A stretch of DNA of 64,000 nt, from contig CBDDFZ010000001.1 in assembly GCA_965227515.1 (NCBI GenBank), positions 1,760,001 through 1,824,000 on the forward strand, read 5' to 3'. The notes beneath the pieces are model-generated. The model ran no database searches. It was not told where the DNA came from and saw only the letters and a program-made list of their open reading frames with translations. The translations under genes were made by a program, and so were the position numbers. This document shows positions 1 to 10,966 of this stretch, piece after piece. The DNA comes from Alphaproteobacteria bacterium. Lineage in GTDB: Bacteria; Pseudomonadota; Alphaproteobacteria; CALKHQ01. How positions within the stretch are numbered: position 1 is the stretch's first letter; each line of letters starts with the position of its first letter.

Positions 1-2
1 TC

Positions 3-569
3 TTCGCCCAATTCAAAGGCTTTCCGACTTCGTTCACCGAACGGGCGCTTGGCCAAGCGTTCCTGGGCGGCACCGGCAGCCGTGGTGCGCAGGCGGTGAC
101 CGTGGCGCACCTTATCGCAGCAACGACCGTGGCCGGCATGATCACCAACATCGTTTATGACTTTCTCAACGGATACGAGCCGCGCGACCCGACGGACCCG
201 CGCACCCTCATTGCCGGGTTTGCCCGAGGTGGTGGGGCTGGCATCTTTGGCGACTTCCTGTTCGGCCAGGCCAGCTATGGCGTGGGAGCGCTTGAGGCGG
301 GCCTTGGCCCGGTGGTTGGTGAGACCAGCAAGCTCTTGCGGCTGTGGTACGAGGCCCGAGAGGGCGATGCGGACTGGGCCGATGTGTTCCGCAGCCTGAC
401 CAGTAACGTGCCAGGCCAGAACCTGTGGTGGTCGCGTTCGGCATTGGACATCATGATCTTGAACGAACTGCGCGAGGCGCTCTCTCCAGGCTACTTGAGA
501 CGCCAGGAAGGCCGCCGGGAACGGGACTTTGGTCAAAGTCGGATATTGCCGGCCACTGTATGGAGATAG
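3..569 (+). CDS. C-terminus of a large phage virion (internal/ejection) protein, epsilon15/BPP-1-like; 5' truncated by window edge
   Basis: Frame open from nt 3 (FAQFKGFPTSF...). C-terminal GGGAGIFGDFLF and PGQNLWWSRSALD..ILNELREALSPGYLRRQE resemble podoviral internal virion proteins (recognised from memory). Confidence 0.6.
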   Translation, partial: FAQFKGFPTSFTERALGQAFLGGTGSRGAQAVTVAHLIAATTVAGMITNIVYDFLNGYEPRDPTDPRTLIAGFARGGGAGIFGDFLFGQASYGVGALEAGLGPVVGETSKLLRLWYEAREGDADWADVFRSLTSNVPGQNLWWSRSALDIMILNELREALSPGYLRRQEGRRERDFGQSRILPATVWR

Positions 570-571
570 CG

Positions 572-799
572 ATGGACGATGAAGAGCTCGAACGCCGCCT
601 TGACAGGCTCAGGAGGGCAAACTGGGATACGGACCTAGGCGCCGCCCGCTACATCGTTGAAGACATGGGCTTTGAGGATGCGCTTCGGATGGCGACCAAC
701 GAATTGGAGCATGGCGCGCCCGATGAGCGCGAAACGTGGGAAGGCATTGTCGGGGCGCTGAACTACATGAAGATGCGCGGCGAGGCGCCAAAAGAATGA
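572..799 (+). CDS. Small acidic hypothetical protein (75 aa)
   Basis: GGAG RBS before ATG 572; ATGA overlap with the next gene. Confidence 0.55.
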   Translation: MDDEELERRLDRLRRANWDTDLGAARYIVEDMGFEDALRMATNELEHGAPDERETWEGIVGALNYMKMRGEAPKE

Positions 800-1338
800 C
801 AGCCGTGCGTGTCCGCGACCTGCCCGAGCGGCCTTTTCGGTATCGTGTCACCGGGTCATTCCGTGACCAAAAAAGCTTGCAGTGCCGCATTTCGATTGGA
901 CGCCCGGACGAGCCGGACAAGTCGCGCATCGAGCTGGACGCGGTGCTCGACACGGGAGCTACATCCTGCATCATCCCTCACGAGATCGTAGAACGTCTGG
1001 GCCTGCGAAGTATCGCGAACAATATTCCTCTGAAGACGACTTCGCGGATTGAGAAGAAGAAAGCCTACGTGATTGGGTATGACTTTCTGGACAAAGAACC
1101 CATGCATGACACTTGGTCTGACAAAGCGCAGCGCTGGCGTCAGATCAATTCGGATGTCGCCACCTTTGCAAAGCACACTGGTGAGCTTTGCCGGCTTGAT
1201 GACCGATACGATGTCGTCACGGTGGCGCTGGGCGGCAACCGCCAGGGAAAGGGTGGGGAGGCTATGATTGGCCTGCGCAACCTTGCGCTCGGCGAGCTGC
1301 TGGTGAACAGAAATGAGACCTTCTCGTTCTGCTTCTAG
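796..1338 (+). CDS. Retropepsin-like (clan AA) aspartyl protease
   Basis: AVLDTGATSCII catalytic motif and C-terminal MIG motif; translationally coupled to the upstream ORF. Confidence 0.7.
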   Translation: MTAVRVRDLPERPFRYRVTGSFRDQKSLQCRISIGRPDEPDKSRIELDAVLDTGATSCIIPHEIVERLGLRSIANNIPLKTTSRIEKKKAYVIGYDFLDKEPMHDTWSDKAQRWRQINSDVATFAKHTGELCRLDDRYDVVTVALGGNRQGKGGEAMIGLRNLALGELLVNRNETFSFCF

Positions 1339-1391
1339 GTCGAGACCCTGCATGCCCCGGCCGGCACGGTTCATTTAGGGCGGTAACCAGA

Positions 1392-1715
1392 TTAGCTCCG
1401 CCATTGGCCGGTGCGCAGGTAGTGCCGTATCTCTCGCCTTCTCAGCCATCCCGCCATCTTGTCGCCAAGCAACCAACCGAGGCCGGCGGGCAGAAATATG
1501 CCGGGCAGGATTAATGCGACCGTGAGTTCCCGGCCCAGTGTATCGATTAGCCAGGCGTCAATAGTGCGCCCGAAAAAGAGCACCGCGCCAACCAGAACGA
1601 CTATCCCGATGCCAGTGATCCAGCGCACGCGCTCGCGAAGTACGGCCCGTGTTCCTTCGGGCATCGCCTTCGACGCATCCAGCCATTCGTCAAGGGTGTA
1701 GTCGGGTTGGCTCAT
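1392..1715 (-). CDS. Small two-TM membrane protein
   Basis: Two hydrophobic segments (WITGIGIVVLVGAVLFFG; LTVALILPGIFLPAGLGWLLG). Confidence 0.55.
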   Translation of the reverse strand: MSQPDYTLDEWLDASKAMPEGTRAVLRERVRWITGIGIVVLVGAVLFFGRTIDAWLIDTLGRELTVALILPGIFLPAGLGWLLGDKMAGWLRRREIRHYLRTGQWRS

Positions 1716-1825
1716 CTCGCGCAGGTTGACAGGCAATAGGGATCAGCGCAACGTAGAGCGGCCGAACAGGTGTTACCAGCACCTGCCCGGCCTAAGCACA
1801 ACCGACCTATAGAGGAGGTACGGCA

Positions 1826-2356
1826 ATGCCTGATGGCACGCATATCACATCCCTTACATCGCCAGCGATTCCAGAGTCCCTGGGCATTGAGAATGCCTTG
1901 GCCCTGGCAAGCGTCATGTTCAACGCCGGGCACGTCATCGACCAGTCGGACGATGGCGTGACCCTGGAGATCGTCGTGCCGTGGAGCGTCGCGGAACGAA
2001 TGTTCGGTTTCGACGCTGACCTGGAGGACGTGGAGGAAGACTGCGAGGACGAGGGCGCCCAATGCGAAGGGGAGGGCGAGACGTGTGAGGACGAAGGGGC
2101 GCAGTGCGATGACTGCGGCTGGCAGGAGGAAGGCGGTGAAGCGAGCCCAGTGGCAGCGGACGATCCCAACTATGACCAGGACTGTTACGGCAACGATCAC
2201 TACCGGATGGATGCGGGCCGGCATCGCGACCCGCCGCTGACCTACATTCCTAAGGTCATCCCGGAGGGCAAGACGCTGGTCATTCGCGGGCCGGGTGACA
2301 ATACCGAGCTGGTCGATAACGAGGTCATCGAGGCCGGTCGAAAGGTGGAGGGCTGA
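1826..2356 (+). CDS. Acidic, Cys-containing prophage hypothetical protein
   Basis: AGGAGG RBS; repeated CEDEGAQC motif. Confidence 0.6.
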   Translation: MPDGTHITSLTSPAIPESLGIENALALASVMFNAGHVIDQSDDGVTLEIVVPWSVAERMFGFDADLEDVEEDCEDEGAQCEGEGETCEDEGAQCDDCGWQEEGGEASPVAADDPNYDQDCYGNDHYRMDAGRHRDPPLTYIPKVIPEGKTLVIRGPGDNTELVDNEVIEAGRKVEG

Positions 2357-2358
2357 TC

Positions 2359-2688
2359 ATGTCGCTTAGAGTGGATGCCAACCTGCTAGACAGCACGATT
2401 GCCGACCAGCACGAGGGCCTGCAGGTGATGTTTTCAGAGCTTGAGAACGCGAACTGCGCTCTTGCGGGGGACAAGCCGGACGCCTACCGGGCCAACGTCG
2501 CCGTGCAACACTGCCTGTGGATCTGGGGCGTCTTGCACGACTATAACCGCCAGCTTCGTGGGGCAATCGATGCGGCCAGCAAGGAAGGTCGGGCCGGGCT
2601 ACGCGAGGAGCGACAGGCCGAAGTTGACAGGCTGAGGCGGGAACTGGCCGATGCCGAGCGCAACCTGGGCTTCGTCACCGACGACTGA
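2359..2688 (+). CDS. Hypothetical helical/coiled-coil protein
   Basis: GGAGG RBS, 2 nt after the previous stop, followed by a terminator. Confidence 0.55.
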   Translation: MSLRVDANLLDSTIADQHEGLQVMFSELENANCALAGDKPDAYRANVAVQHCLWIWGVLHDYNRQLRGAIDAASKEGRAGLREERQAEVDRLRRELADAERNLGFVTDD

Positions 2689-2712
2689 CACTGCGCGTTT
2701 CCGGAACCTATT

Positions 2713-2740
2713 GGCCCCGCTTCGGCGGGGCCTTTTTGTT
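2713..2740 (+). terminator. Rho-independent terminator
   Basis: GGCCCCGC-TTCG-GCGGGGCC followed by TTTTTGTT. Confidence 0.85.
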
Positions 2741-2883
2741 GCACGCTTGTCGCACGGAATTGCCGCGAGTGGTTCGGAATGGGCAGAAACGCTTGGGTCT
2801 TGTTGCAACTCGATGCGACAAGAAAATGCGCCCAAGTCGATGGGCGCGGCCGCCATTTTCCGTTTGTTTTCAGTGGGATGCGA

Positions 2884-2959
<76 letters not shown>

Positions 2960-3140
2960 CCATGGAGCGCGCCACCGGAACGAGGCCGGGCGCGGCACCG
3001 GAAGCGCGGTTTATAGACAAGCCGGGCGCGGGCGTCCACCCGGAAACGAAGCGCTGGTGGTTGGGGCGGGCCACGCAGGGCCCGCTCACCACCTTGCTTG
3101 GCAATATGGGTGTCGTCGCCCCACGCGGCAACGGGTCGCC

Positions 3141-4109
3141 CTACATATACAGCCGTTCGCCCTCCAGGCCGGCGTAGATGTCGGCGACGAACTCGCCATA
3201 GCCGTTGAAGAGCTGGGTCGGCACCCGCTCGTCGGTGCCGATGATCCGCTCCGACGCCTGGCTCCAGCGCGGGTGCGGCACCTCCGGGTTCACATTGGCC
3301 CAGAAGCCGTACTCGCTGGACTGGATCTCCTCCCAGAAGGTCAGCGGGCGCTCCTCGCTGAAGGTGAAGCGCACGATCGACTTCACCGACTTGAAGCCGT
3401 ACTTCCATGGCGTCGCCAAGCGCAGCGGCGCGCCGTTCTGCTTCGGCAGCGGCTTGCCGTAGAGGCCGGTGACCATGAAGGCGAGGTCGTTGGTCGCCTC
3501 CGCCATGGTCAGGCCCTCGACATAGGGCCACGGATACCACGACTGGGTCTGGCCCGGCGCCACCGACGGGTCCTGGAACGTGGTCATGGTGAGGTACTTG
3601 GCGGACCCCAGCGGCTGCGCGATCTCGACCAGCCGGCTGAGCGGGAAGCCGCTCCACGGAATGGTCATCGCCCAGGCCTCGACGCAGCGCAGGCGGTACA
3701 CGCGTTCTTCCAGCTCCACCTGGCTCAGCAGGTCGTCGATATCGAGGGTCATCTCCTGCTCGACCAGCCCGTCGATGGTGATCTCCCACGGGCGCACGGT
3801 CAGGGCCTGCGCCCGGTCTGCGATCTGCTTGCTGGAGCCGAACTCGTAGAAATTGTTGTAGACGGTCGCGATCTCTTCCGGCGTCAGCGGCCGCCCGCCC
3901 TCGTAAGTGGCGTTTTCCGGCGCCGGGTAGAGGTCGTTCCAGGCGTCGCGCTCGTCCGCCCAGGCCGCGTTGCCGCCGATCATCGGCAGGCTGCCGGCGA
4001 TGGCGCCCGCCGCGGCACCCTTCATCAGGCTGCGACGATTGAGATAGACGTGCTCCGGCGTGGCCGCGCTTTCCGGCAGTTCCCACCCGCGCTTCGACTT
4101 CAACAACAT
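3141..4109 (-). CDS. msrP: Periplasmic methionine sulfoxide reductase, molybdopterin catalytic subunit
   Basis: Tat signal (NRRSLMKG); YNNFYEFG, RLRCVEAW and PWKYGFKSVKSI motifs. Confidence 0.93.
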   Translation of the reverse strand: MLLKSKRGWELPESAATPEHVYLNRRSLMKGAAAGAIAGSLPMIGGNAAWADERDAWNDLYPAPENATYEGGRPLTPEEIATVYNNFYEFGSSKQIADRAQALTVRPWEITIDGLVEQEMTLDIDDLLSQVELEERVYRLRCVEAWAMTIPWSGFPLSRLVEIAQPLGSAKYLTMTTFQDPSVAPGQTQSWYPWPYVEGLTMAEATNDLAFMVTGLYGKPLPKQNGAPLRLATPWKYGFKSVKSIVRFTFSEERPLTFWEEIQSSEYGFWANVNPEVPHPRWSQASERIIGTDERVPTQLFNGYGEFVADIYAGLEGERLYM

Positions 4110-4318
4110 GCTGCACCGTTCTCCCGGCCCTGTGCGCGACTGGGCGCGCTCACGGCTCGCTGGTTCCAGAATACCATAGAAGCCAATAAGGGCGGGTGCT
4201 TGCAAACGTGCAAGTCAAGTGCTGGTGACTTTTGCGGAGCGAAACGCGAGAATTGCAGGATAACGGTGACCCGACGGCACTGGGGGCATCCCGCCAGGTC
4301 ACCGTTGGCTGCCCGGTG

Positions 4319-4864
4319 CTAGGCAGCCTGCTCCAACGACACGGTGTTCTCGGTCAGGAGAACGCGGGACACCGCGTTGATCACAGCGGCAATCCGCAAT
4401 GCGGCCTGGACCTGGGTGCTCGACAGGCCGTGCTTGCGCAGTTCGGCCTCATGCGCGTCCAGGCACATGCCGCAGCCGTTGATGGCGGAGACCGCGAGCG
4501 AGAACAGCTCGAAGTCCGCCTTCTCGATGCCCGGCGTGCCGATCACGTTCATGCGCAGCTTGGCCGGCATGGTCTTGTAGGTGTCGGCCGACAGCAGGTG
4601 GACGGCGCGGTAGTAGACATTGTTCATCGCCATGATGGCGGATGCGGCGGCCGCCGCGTTCTGCGCCTCGGGCGACAGCTTGGCGCTGGCCTCCGCGGCG
4701 ATCGCCTTCACAACGTCGGGCTGGCCGACCGCATGGGCGCTGGCCAGCATGCAGCCGTACTTCTGCTGGTCGCTGAGCTCGGACTCGTTGGCAAGCGAGC
4801 CGAGGTTGAGCTTCAGGTCCTTGGCGTAGGCGGGCAGCCGCGCCTTCAGGTCTTCGATCGACAT
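4319..4864 (-). CDS. ahpD: Alkyl hydroperoxidase AhpD
   Basis: [20 protein letters not shown] and [14 protein letters not shown] motifs; downstream of ahpC. Confidence 0.93.
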   Translation of the reverse strand: MSIEDLKARLPAYAKDLKLNLGSLANESELSDQQKYGCMLASAHAVGQPDVVKAIAAEASAKLSPEAQNAAAAASAIMAMNNVYYRAVHLLSADTYKTMPAKLRMNVIGTPGIEKADFELFSLAVSAINGCGMCLDAHEAELRKHGLSSTQVQAALRIAAVINAVSRVLLTENTVSLEQAA

Positions 4865-4915
4865 CTGATCCTCATGTCATTGGAACGTGCGGTCGTTTGT
4901 TCATTCAAGTCGGCA

Positions 4916-4986
4916 CCGGCCCTCTCCCCCACCCGGCCACCCAGCAATCATACTGTCGTGGGTGGCCGGGTGGGGGAGAGGGCCGG
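4916..4986. repeat. Perfect 28-bp inverted repeat with 15-nt loop (REP/RPE-like)
   Basis: CCGGCCCTCTCCCCCACCCGGCCACCCA ... TGGGTGGCCGGGTGGGGGAGAGGGCCGG between ahpC and ahpD. Confidence 0.85.
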
Positions 4987-5015
4987 CGCAGATTTCGGCG
5001 TCAGCTAATCCAGAC

Positions 5016-5576
5016 CTAGGCCGCGATCTGCAGGGTGTCGCCGCCGACCGCGCGGTTGCACGGGCACAGCTCGTCGGTCTGCAGGGCATCGAGCACGCGC
5101 AGCGTGTCCTGCGGGTTGCGGCCGACGTTCAGGTTGGTGACGTAGACGTGCTGGATCACGTTGTGCGGGTCGACCACGAAGGTCGCGCGATAGGGCACGC
5201 CCTCGTCGACATTGCGCACGCCAAGCTGGTCCATCAGCTGGCCGGTGGTGTCGGCGAACTGCCAGATCGGCAGCTCGGCGAGGTCCGGGTGGTCGCGGCG
5301 CCAGGCCAGCTTGACGAACTCGTTGTCGGCCGAGCCGCCCATCACCACCGCGTCGCGATCCTCGAACTCGCCGTTCAGGCGGCCGAACTCGGCGATCTCG
5401 GTCGGGCAGACGAAGGTGAAGTCCTTCGGATAGAAGAAGATGATCTTCCACTTGCCCGCGAAGCTGTCACGGGTGATCGGCTCGAACGCGCTCTCGCCGT
5501 TCTGCTCGTGCTGCATGAACTTCGGCTTGACGCCGGTGACGGTGAACTCGGGAAGGGTGCTGCCAACACCAAGCAT
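5016..5576 (-). CDS. ahpC: 2-Cys peroxiredoxin AhpC
   Basis: FFYPKDFTFVCPTEI and ELCPCN motifs; GAGGAG RBS. Confidence 0.95.
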   Translation of the reverse strand: MLGVGSTLPEFTVTGVKPKFMQHEQNGESAFEPITRDSFAGKWKIIFFYPKDFTFVCPTEIAEFGRLNGEFEDRDAVVMGGSADNEFVKLAWRRDHPDLAELPIWQFADTTGQLMDQLGVRNVDEGVPYRATFVVDPHNVIQHVYVTNLNVGRNPQDTLRVLDALQTDELCPCNRAVGGDTLQIAA

Positions 5577-5673
5577 GTGCATTCTCCTCAATTTCGGGAA
5601 CTCGGGGCCGCCCGCAAGGGTCGCGCGAGGCGGTGACGCCGATGAATGTGGGCGACCGGCAGCCAAAGAAAAA

Positions 5674-5710
5674 ATTGATAATACGAAAGCGTGCTATAGA
5701 TATTATCTAT
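5674..5710. promoter_or_regulatory. OxyR operator in the ahpC-oxyR divergent region
   Basis: ATTG-N7-GAAA-N7-ATAG-N7-CTAT; the right half matches the OxyR ATAG-N7-CTAT repeat and overlaps the oxyR ATG. Confidence 0.6.
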
Positions 5711-6623
5711 GGATATGCCGACACTGCGCCAGCTTCAGTTCCTCGCCGCCCTGGGCGACACCGGCTCGTTCTCGCGCGCGGCCGAGGCATGCCGGGTCAC
5801 ACAGCCGACTTTGTCGTCGGCAATCAAGGAGCTGGAGGCATTGCTGGGCGTGACCCTGGCCGAGCGGGAGGCGCGGGGTGCGCGGCTGACCAACGCGGGC
5901 GAGGCGGCGGTCCGCCGGGCGCGGACCATTCTGGCCGATGCCCAGGATTTCGTGTCGTCGGTGCGCGCCGCCGGCAAGGCGCTGTCGGGCCCGTTCCATC
6001 TGGGCGCGATCCCGACCATCGCACCGTTCGTGCTGCCGCAGGCGATGTCGGCGCTGCATCGCGACTATCCCGACCTGCGCCTTTTCCTGCGCGAGGACCA
6101 GACCGCGCGGCTGATCGATGCGCTGCGCATCCGCACCCTTGACGCGGCGCTGATCGCGCTGCCGTGAGAGGCGTCGGGCATCGAAACCCTCTCCCTGGTC
6201 GACGACGAGTTCCTGTTCGCCGCCCAGGCCAGCCACCCGCTGATGGCCAAGAAGACGCTGGCCCCGACCGATCTGGTCGGCGAGGAACTGCTGCTGCTGG
6301 AGGACGGGCACTGCCTGCGCCAGCACGCGCTGAGCGTTTGCGCGCGCGCCAATCGCGGCGCCGGGGCGGAGGTGGCCGCCACCTCGCTGAACACGCTGGT
6401 GAACATGGTGGCCGGCGGCCTTGGCGTATCGCTGTTGCCCGGCATCGCGGTCGCCAACGGGCTGACCCTGGGGCCGGACGTGTCGACCAGGCGCTTCGCG
6501 ACGCCGGTGATCGGGCGCAGCATCGGCATCGCCTGGCGGGCCGGCTCGCCGCGGGTGGACGAGGCGCGGCTGATCGGCGACGTGGTGCGCAAGGTCTGCC
6601 GGTCCAATAGCCAGCAGGGTTGA
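5709..6623 (+). pseudogene. oxyR: OxyR (LysR family) interrupted by an in-frame TGA at 6165-6167
   Basis: N-terminal LysR HTH (TLRQLQFL..SFSRAAEAC.VTQPTLS). The same frame continues after the TGA to LEDGHCLRQHALSVC (both redox Cys). Divergent from ahpC. Confidence 0.8.
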
Positions 6624-6648
6624 CGCTGCGCGCGGCCATGGGCATATA
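6620..6648 (+). promoter_or_regulatory. sigma70 promoter for the leuA leader
   Basis: TTGACG-N17-CATATA. Confidence 0.6.
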
Positions 6649-6657
6649 AAAACCATC

Positions 6658-6711
6658 ATGCACGTTCCAGGCGCCTTGGCACTCCTACGACTTAGCATCC
6701 CGACGGACTGA
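6658..6711 (+). CDS. leuA leader peptide MHVPGALALLRLSIPTD
   Basis: Clustered Leu codons TTG/CTC/CTA/CTT, followed by hairpins 6700-6719 and 6724-6741, upstream of leuA. Confidence 0.65.
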   Translation: MHVPGALALLRLSIPTD

Positions 6712-6849
6712 CCCGTCGGTCGAGGCTCGCGCGCCCGAGCCGAAGTGCATTTCATCGAATAGCTGCGATTCCCGGCACGTTCATGCCACTCAGCCCCGCG
6801 ACCCGCGCCTGCATGCGAGCAACCCTCCGTTTATGGTTAACGGATATAA

Positions 6850-8607
<1,758 letters not shown>

Positions 8608-8616
8608 CCAGGTCTT

Positions 8617-8648
8617 GCGGCCGGGGCGGTCGATCCGTCTCCGGCCGC
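8617..8648 (+). terminator. GC-rich hairpin after leuA
   Basis: GCGGCCGGGGCGG-TCGAT-CCGTCTCCGGCCGC; no clear U-tract. Confidence 0.4.
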
Positions 8649-8692
8649 CCAGCCTTGATCAATATCCAGCCTTGCTCAATATCCAGCCTTGA
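8649..8692. repeat. 17-bp tandem repeat, about 2.6 copies
   Basis: CCAGCCTTGATCAATAT / CCAGCCTTGCTCAATAT / CCAGCCTTGA. Confidence 0.85.
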
Positions 8693-8711
8693 CCATTCTA
8701 CGGAGGCCCCG

Positions 8712-10049
8712 ATGTCGGACGACACCCTGAACCTGATCGCCGACCTGGTGGCGATGGCGCAAAAGGGCGGGGCGGATGCCGCCGATGCCGTGGCATTGGA
8801 CGACGTTTCGCTGGCGCACGTCTGGCGGCTGGGGGCCACCGAGCAATTGGAGCGGTCGGAGGCGGCGGACATAGGCTTGCGCGTCTTCGTTGGTCAGCGT
8901 CAGGCCATCGCGTCCAGCACCGACCGCCGGCCGCCCGCACTGAAGGAACTGGCCGAGCGCGCCATCGCCATGGCCCGTGCGGTGCCGGAAGACCCGTTTG
9001 GCGGCCTGGCCGATGCCGATGCGGTGTGCAGCGTGCCGCCGACACTCGACATGAACGACCCGGCCGAACCGGCGCCGGAAGACCTGATCGCGCGGGCCCG
9101 TGCGACCGAGGAGGCCGCGCTCGCTGTCGACGGTATCACCAATTCGGAGGGCGCGGAGGCGGCGTGGTCGCGCACCGATGTGGCAATCGCCGCCAGCAAT
9201 GGGTTTGCCGGCGCCTACCGCCGCACCTCGCACATGGTGTCGGTGTCGGTGCTGGCCGGCGAGGGCACCGGCATGGAGCGCGACTACGACTACGGCGTTT
9301 CCGTGTTCGGCGCCGATTTGCGCGATCCGGCGGAGATCGGCAGGTCCGCCGCCGAGCGCACGCTCGCCCGCATGAAGCCGCGCAAGGTCAAGAGCTGCCA
9401 GGCGCCGGTCATCTATGACCCGCGCGTCGGCAACAGCTTGCTTGGCCATCTCGCCGGCGCCATCACCGGTGCCGCCATCGCCCGTGGCACCAGCTTCCTG
9501 AAGGATGCCATGGACACCCAGGTATTCGCCGATGGCGTCAGCGTCATCGACGATCCGCACCGGCCGCGCGGGCTGTCGTCCCGCCCGTTCGATGCCGAGG
9601 GCCTGCCCAATGGCAAGACCACAATCATCGATGGCGGCCGGCTGACCACGTGGCTGCTGGACCTGCGCTCGGCCCGGCAACTGGGCCTGGCGCCGACCGG
9701 ACACGCGCGGCGCGGCGCCTCCAGCCCGCCATCGGCCGGGCCGTCCAATCTATGGATGGCGGCCGGCGACGTCAGCCGGGAGGACCTGATCGGCGGCGTC
9801 GACAACGGTCTCTACGTCACCGAGATGATCGGCATGGGGGTCAACGGCGTCACCGGCGACTACAGCCGCGGCGCGTCCGGCTTCTGGATCGAGAACGGCG
9901 AACTCGCCTATCCGGTCAGCGAGATCACCATCGCCGGCAATCTGAAGGACATGTACCGCGCCATCACGCCGGCCAACGACCTGGAATTCCGCTACGGCAC
10001 CAACGCGCCCACCCTGCGCGTCGACGGCATGACCATCGCGGGGAGTTAG
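8712..10049 (+). CDS. pmbA: TldE/PmbA family metalloprotease subunit
   Basis: GGAGG RBS; SRPFDAEG, GVNGVTGDYSRGASGFWIENG and EITIAGNL motifs. Confidence 0.93.
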   Translation: MSDDTLNLIADLVAMAQKGGADAADAVALDDVSLAHVWRLGATEQLERSEAADIGLRVFVGQRQAIASSTDRRPPALKELAERAIAMARAVPEDPFGGLADADAVCSVPPTLDMNDPAEPAPEDLIARARATEEAALAVDGITNSEGAEAAWSRTDVAIAASNGFAGAYRRTSHMVSVSVLAGEGTGMERDYDYGVSVFGADLRDPAEIGRSAAERTLARMKPRKVKSCQAPVIYDPRVGNSLLGHLAGAITGAAIARGTSFLKDAMDTQVFADGVSVIDDPHRPRGLSSRPFDAEGLPNGKTTIIDGGRLTTWLLDLRSARQLGLAPTGHARRGASSPPSAGPSNLWMAAGDVSREDLIGGVDNGLYVTEMIGMGVNGVTGDYSRGASGFWIENGELAYPVSEITIAGNLKDMYRAITPANDLEFRYGTNAPTLRVDGMTIAGS

Positions 10050-10230
10050 AGAAATTGCTGCAATGTGCGCCACCGCACGGGGAGCACTCCTATGTTGGCA
10101 GAATTCTTTGCATCTGATACTATCAAGATCCACCAGCGATGAATAATCGCGGTGCCAGTTGGCGATGGTAAGGCATTGCTGTCGCGAAGTATATTTTCAG
10201 ATCAAGAATTGTTTATATGGGGCAAAAAAG

Positions 10231-10890
10231 ATGTCTATCTATGGTGAGCCGCATTTACAGACCAGCCAATCAGTTACGCCAGATAATTTAAAATGGGCGT
10301 ATCGTATCAATGATGGCAATAGGGTTTTGAGAGATACAAGTACTGAAGAAACAAAAATTGAATCCATTCATAATATAATCGATTATCTTGATGTTGATTA
10401 TAGTGAGAGATACGAAAAAAGACAAGGGAACACGTACTGCAATATCTATGCTTACGATTTTGCCGACCTCGGGCGTACGTATATTCCCCGAGTCTGGTGG
10501 GATAATAATGCACTCGAGGCATTGCAACAAGGTCAGGAAGTGCAAGTGATATACGGGCAAACTGTCTATGAGCTAAATGCAAATGCACTTCACGATTGGT
10601 TCGAAGGGTTTGGTGAGAGCTACGGCTGGCTGAGGGCCGATAATGTCATGGATTTGCAGGCCTGCGCCAACAGCGGTGGTGTTGGGTTTATTGTTGCCAA
10701 AAGGCTAGATACCTCGAAGAGTGGGCATATTTCGGCAGTAGTCCCCGAAATCAGTGGCTTTCAGGCAACGCAGACAAATCCCGTGGAAAGCCAAGCTGGA
10801 AGCAATAACTATGCCTATGTTGTGAAAGGCCATCAATGGTGGGCTAATACCGGGCGGTATAGCGCTTTCGGTCTGTGGATGCATGAATGA
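10231..10890 (+). CDS. AT-rich CHAP/NlpC-P60-like Cys-His amidase/peptidase domain protein
   Basis: TYCNIYAYDF ... NAN ... SGHISAVVP ... SQAG; composition far more AT-rich than the flanks. Confidence 0.6.
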   Translation: MSIYGEPHLQTSQSVTPDNLKWAYRINDGNRVLRDTSTEETKIESIHNIIDYLDVDYSERYEKRQGNTYCNIYAYDFADLGRTYIPRVWWDNNALEALQQGQEVQVIYGQTVYELNANALHDWFEGFGESYGWLRADNVMDLQACANSGGVGFIVAKRLDTSKSGHISAVVPEISGFQATQTNPVESQAGSNNYAYVVKGHQWWANTGRYSAFGLWMHE

Positions 10891-10966
10891 GACTGAAACA
10901 TCTTGACAGGGCTTGACCCTCTTAATCTGTATGGACCGAAGACGCGTGGGAGGGAGGGAAAAGTCA

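Larger units (their letters stand above)
1..2883. mobile_element. End of a prophage/integrative element inserted at the 3' end of tRNA-Phe
   Basis: Phage-like gene plus short hypothetical cargo ORFs with atypical codon usage, ending at the CCA end of the minus-strand tRNA. No integrase in the window. Confidence 0.65.

Noticed and set aside
6165-6167. Selenocysteine recoding of the oxyR TGA
   Set aside because: The position is not one of the OxyR cysteines and no convincing bacterial SECIS follows; a Trp-to-stop change is simpler.
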